Positions 60,666 through 64,000 of a DNA stretch of 64,000 nt are shown here, one piece after another. This DNA comes from Podarcis muralis (Eukaryota): positions 12,090,001-12,154,000 of the forward strand of contig NC_135667.1 of the NCBI RefSeq assembly GCF_964188315.1. Reading direction: 5' to 3'. Both the position numbers and the translations under genes were made by a program. The notes under the pieces were generated by a model, which did no database searches, was not told the DNA's origin, and was given only the letters and a program-made list of their open reading frames with translations. Position 1 is the first letter of the stretch, and every line of letters starts with the position of its first letter.

Positions 60666-61494
60666 CTGAAAAAGAGAAGCTGTAAGAGCACCACTACATG
60701 CATAATTCTAAAATGATCAAAATGAAAGAAGCAACAAAACCTTAAATAAGGGTTGCCTGGTTGAAATCTGAAAAACAATTTGCCACACTTCTCATGTAAT
60801 TATATTATTAGCAACATGCCGTATTCAATTGCCACCCACCCCCAGATGTTAGGACCTAACTCGACTTCTGAAGCTCAGTGTTATCATTTACCGTCAGGAT
60901 TCTAGCAGATTTTACTTGTTCACATTTTTTAACATCCCAACATGATTTGAACTTCCCATTCTAATATGTTGACTGGAAGAAGGTTGCATTTCCGTTTTAG
61001 CGCTTCTCTGAATTTGGAAACATGGTTCTTGGGTCTTGCATTTAAGAAAGGCTGTTGCAACCTTAGCTTTCTCCCTGAGGTTCTTTCGTATCTCTGAAGG
61101 TTTCTGTTTTTTCAACTTTTGATACCTCCATCATCTGAGTGGTGATTCATTTCATATATATAGTGTACATAATTACCAGTTGTCAATGGCTTGGACTGAT
61201 ATTATTGAATATATCATGCTGTATCCTCATATCAGGAACCACAACCTTCACTGAATTCTGAACAACTTTCATGAATTGTCTGAATAACTGAAAACCACAA
61301 GGGATGGGAGTGTCAGAATATATTAGTGTTAGTATGTTTTAAAGGCTCTTTACATGATGTCTCTTACCTGTCTGGTTGGAAATCTTCCCTTCTGGACATA
61401 TAATGCAATCATAGCAGCAAAATGGTTTCCCTTCCTTCTTTGTTTTTTGATAACCCAAAGGACAATTGGCATTACAAAGAGAAAGGGGCTGTGC
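59767..61494 (-). CDS. V2R-6, vomeronasal type-2 receptor, partial (exons 5-6; exons 1-4 expected right of the window)
   Basis: Exon 5 61368-61494 and exon 6 59767-60665, both open, GT-AG. Confidence 0.92.
61368..61494 (-). CDS. V2R-6 exon 5
   Basis: [42 protein letters not shown], cag/gtaag. Confidence 0.92.
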
Positions 61495-61588
61495 CTGTCC
61501 AAAAATGTAAGAGGATAATGTTTTCTATTTTGCAATATTGTGTATCCACAATGTATTATATTCTGTTAACTTGCTGAACTATCTCCTT

Positions 61589-64000
61589 TTATAGTATGGT
61601 AGAAGAGGCACGCCCCTTCATGGATCACTGCCTTGCCGTGGCGAAGGGGCTTGAAGAACTCAGAGAAGCTATGAACTATGCCGAGCAGGGCACCCAAGAT
61701 GAACAGGTCATAGTGGAGAGTTTTGACCAAACGTGATCCACCTGGAGGAGGAACCGGCAAGCCACTCCAGTATCCCTGCCAAGAAAACTCCATGGACAAA
61801 GACAACAGGCATATAAAAGTTATGACGCTGGAAGATGAGCCCCTCAGGTCGGAAGGCGTGCAACATGCTACTGGGGAAGAGTGGAGGGCAAGTACAAGTA
61901 GATCCAGAGCTGATGAAGCGGCTGGGCCAAAGCCGAAAGGACGCTCAGTTGCGGATATGCCTGGAAGTCCAATGCTGTAAAGAAAAATATTGCATAGGAA
62001 CCTGGAATGTAAGAACCATGAACCTGGGTAAGTTGGAGGTGGTCAAAAATGAGATGGCAAGAATAAATATTGACATCCTGGGCATCAGTGAACTAAAATG
62101 GACGGGAATGGGTGAATTCAGTTGGGATGACCATCATATCTACTACTGTGGGCAAGAAACCCGTAAAAGAAATGGAGTGGCCCTCATAGTCAACAAAAGA
62201 GTGGCGAAAGCTGTACTGGGATGCAATCTCAAAAATGATAGAATGATCTCGATACGAATCCAAGGCAGACCTTTTAACATCACAGTAATCCAAGTTTATG
62301 CACCAACTACTGGTGCTGAAGAAACTGAAATTGACCAATTCTATGAAGACTTACAACACCGTATAGAAGTGACACCAAAGAAGGATGTTCTTCTCATTAT
62401 AGGGGATTGGAATGCTAAAGTAGGGAATCAAGAGATAAAAGGAACAACTGGCAAGTTTGGCCTTGGAGATCAAAACGAAGCAGGGCAAAGGCTAATAGAG
62501 TTCTGTCAAGAGAACAAGCTGGTCATCACAAACACGCTTTTCCAACAACACAAGAGACGACTCTACACATGGAAATCACCAGATGGGCAGCATCGAAATC
62601 AGATTGATTATATTCTCTGCAGCCAAAGATGGAGAAGCTCTATACAGTCAGCAAAAACAAGACCTGGAGCTGACTGTGGCTCAGATCATCAGCTTCTTAT
62701 AGCAAAATTCAAGCTTAAACTGAAGAAAGTAGGAAAAACCACTGGGCCGGTAAGATACAATCTAAGTCAAATCCCTTATGAATACACAGTGGAAGTGAGG
62801 AACAGGTTTAAGGATTTAGATTTGGTGGACAGAGTGCCTGAAGAACTATGGATGGAGGCTCGTAACATTATACAGGAGGCAGCAACGAAAACCATCCCAA
62901 TGAAAAGGAAATGCAAGAAAGCAAAGTGGCTGTCCAATGAGGCCTTACAAATAGCGGGGGAGAGAAGGCAAGCAAAATGCGAGGGAGATAGTGAAAGGTA
63001 CAGGAAATTGAATGCAGATTTCCAAAAAATAGCAAGGAGAGACAAGAAGACCTTCTTAAACGAGCAATGCAAAGAAATAGAGGAAAGCAATAGAATGGGA
63101 AGAACCAGAGATCTGTTCAAGAAAATTGGAGATATGAAAGAAACATTTCGTACAAAGATTTCCATAATAAAGGACAAAAGTGGAAAGGACCTAACAGAAG
63201 CAGAAGACATCAAGAAGAGGTGGCAAGAATACACAGAGGAATTATACCAGAAAGAAATGGATGTCTCGTATACCCCAGGTAGTGTGGACCTTGAGCCAGA
63301 CATCCTGGAGAGTGAAGTCAAATGGGCCTTAGAAAGCATTGCAAATAACAAGGCCAGTGGAAGTGATGGTATTCCAGCTGAACTATTTAAAATTTTAAAA
63401 GATGATGCTGTTAAGGTGCTACACTCAATATGCCAGCAAGTTTGGAAAACACAGCAGTGGCCAGAAGATTGGAGAAGATCAGTCTACATCCCAATCCCAA
63501 AGAAGGGCAGTGCCAAAGAATGCTCCAACTACCGCACAATTGCACTCATTTCACACGCTAGCAAGGTTATGCTTAAAATTCTACAAGGAAGGCTCAAGCA
63601 GTATGTGGACCGAGAACTCCCAGAAGTGCAAGCTGGATTTAGAAGAGGCAGAGGAACCAGAGACCAAATTGCAAACATGCGCTGGATTATGGAGAAAGCT
63701 AGAGAGTTCCAGAAAGACATCTACTTCTGCTTCATTGACTATGCAAAAGCCTTTGACTGTGTCGACCACGGCAAACTATGGCATGTTCTTAAAGAAATGG
63801 GAGTGCCTGATCACCTCGTCTGTCTCCTGAGAACTGGATATGGAACAACTGATTGGTTCAAAATTGGGAAAGGAGTACGACAAGGCTGTATTTTGTCTCC
63901 CTGCTTATTTAACTTATATGCAGAATTCATCATGCGAAAGGCTGGGCTGGATGAATCCCTAGCCGGAATTAAGATTGCCGGAAGAAATATCAACAACCTC
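61589..64000 (+). mobile_element. BovB/RTE LINE with 5' UTR and APE-RT ORF, running off the window
   Basis: 5' UTR from ccttcatggatcactgcc; frame 62018-64000 has no stop by hand translation; APE motifs (GTWNVRT)M, ISELKW, QVYAPT, GDWNAK, NQIDYI, SDH; RT motifs [21 protein letters not shown]. Confidence 0.95.

Overview
Eukaryotic vertebrate DNA, most likely a squamate (lacertid-type lizard, judged from Sauria-type SINEs, BovB/RTE, CR1 and L2-like repeats). The window is part of a tandem array of vomeronasal type-2 receptor (V2R, class C GPCR) genes, all on the minus strand with the six-exon V2R layout. I number them by position. V2R-2, -3, -4 and -5 are complete; joined by hand at GT-AG sites they give open frames of about 889-893 aa. 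V2R-1 lacks exon 6 and V2R-6 lacks exons 1-4, both off-window. Introns and spacers hold many transposons, several datable because the sister paralog keeps the empty site. I found no wholly new gene system. The most interesting signals are: (1) a 19-bp double-TAAT motif 205-260 bp upstream of all five visible start codons, next to a perfect O/E (EBF) palindrome in two genes; (2) a fossil exon 4 plus exon 3 end inside intron 3 of V2R-1/-2, suggesting gene fusion or internal duplication and a possible poison exon; (3) two mappable tandem-duplication junctions, one leaving an orphan exon 6 stub and one making a chimeric exon 6; (4) a shared hypervariable patch in the ligand-binding exon; (5) unusual composite transposons; (6) a BovB with a 661-codon open frame that the ORF track omits. 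All coordinates and alignments were made by eye and need computational confirmation.
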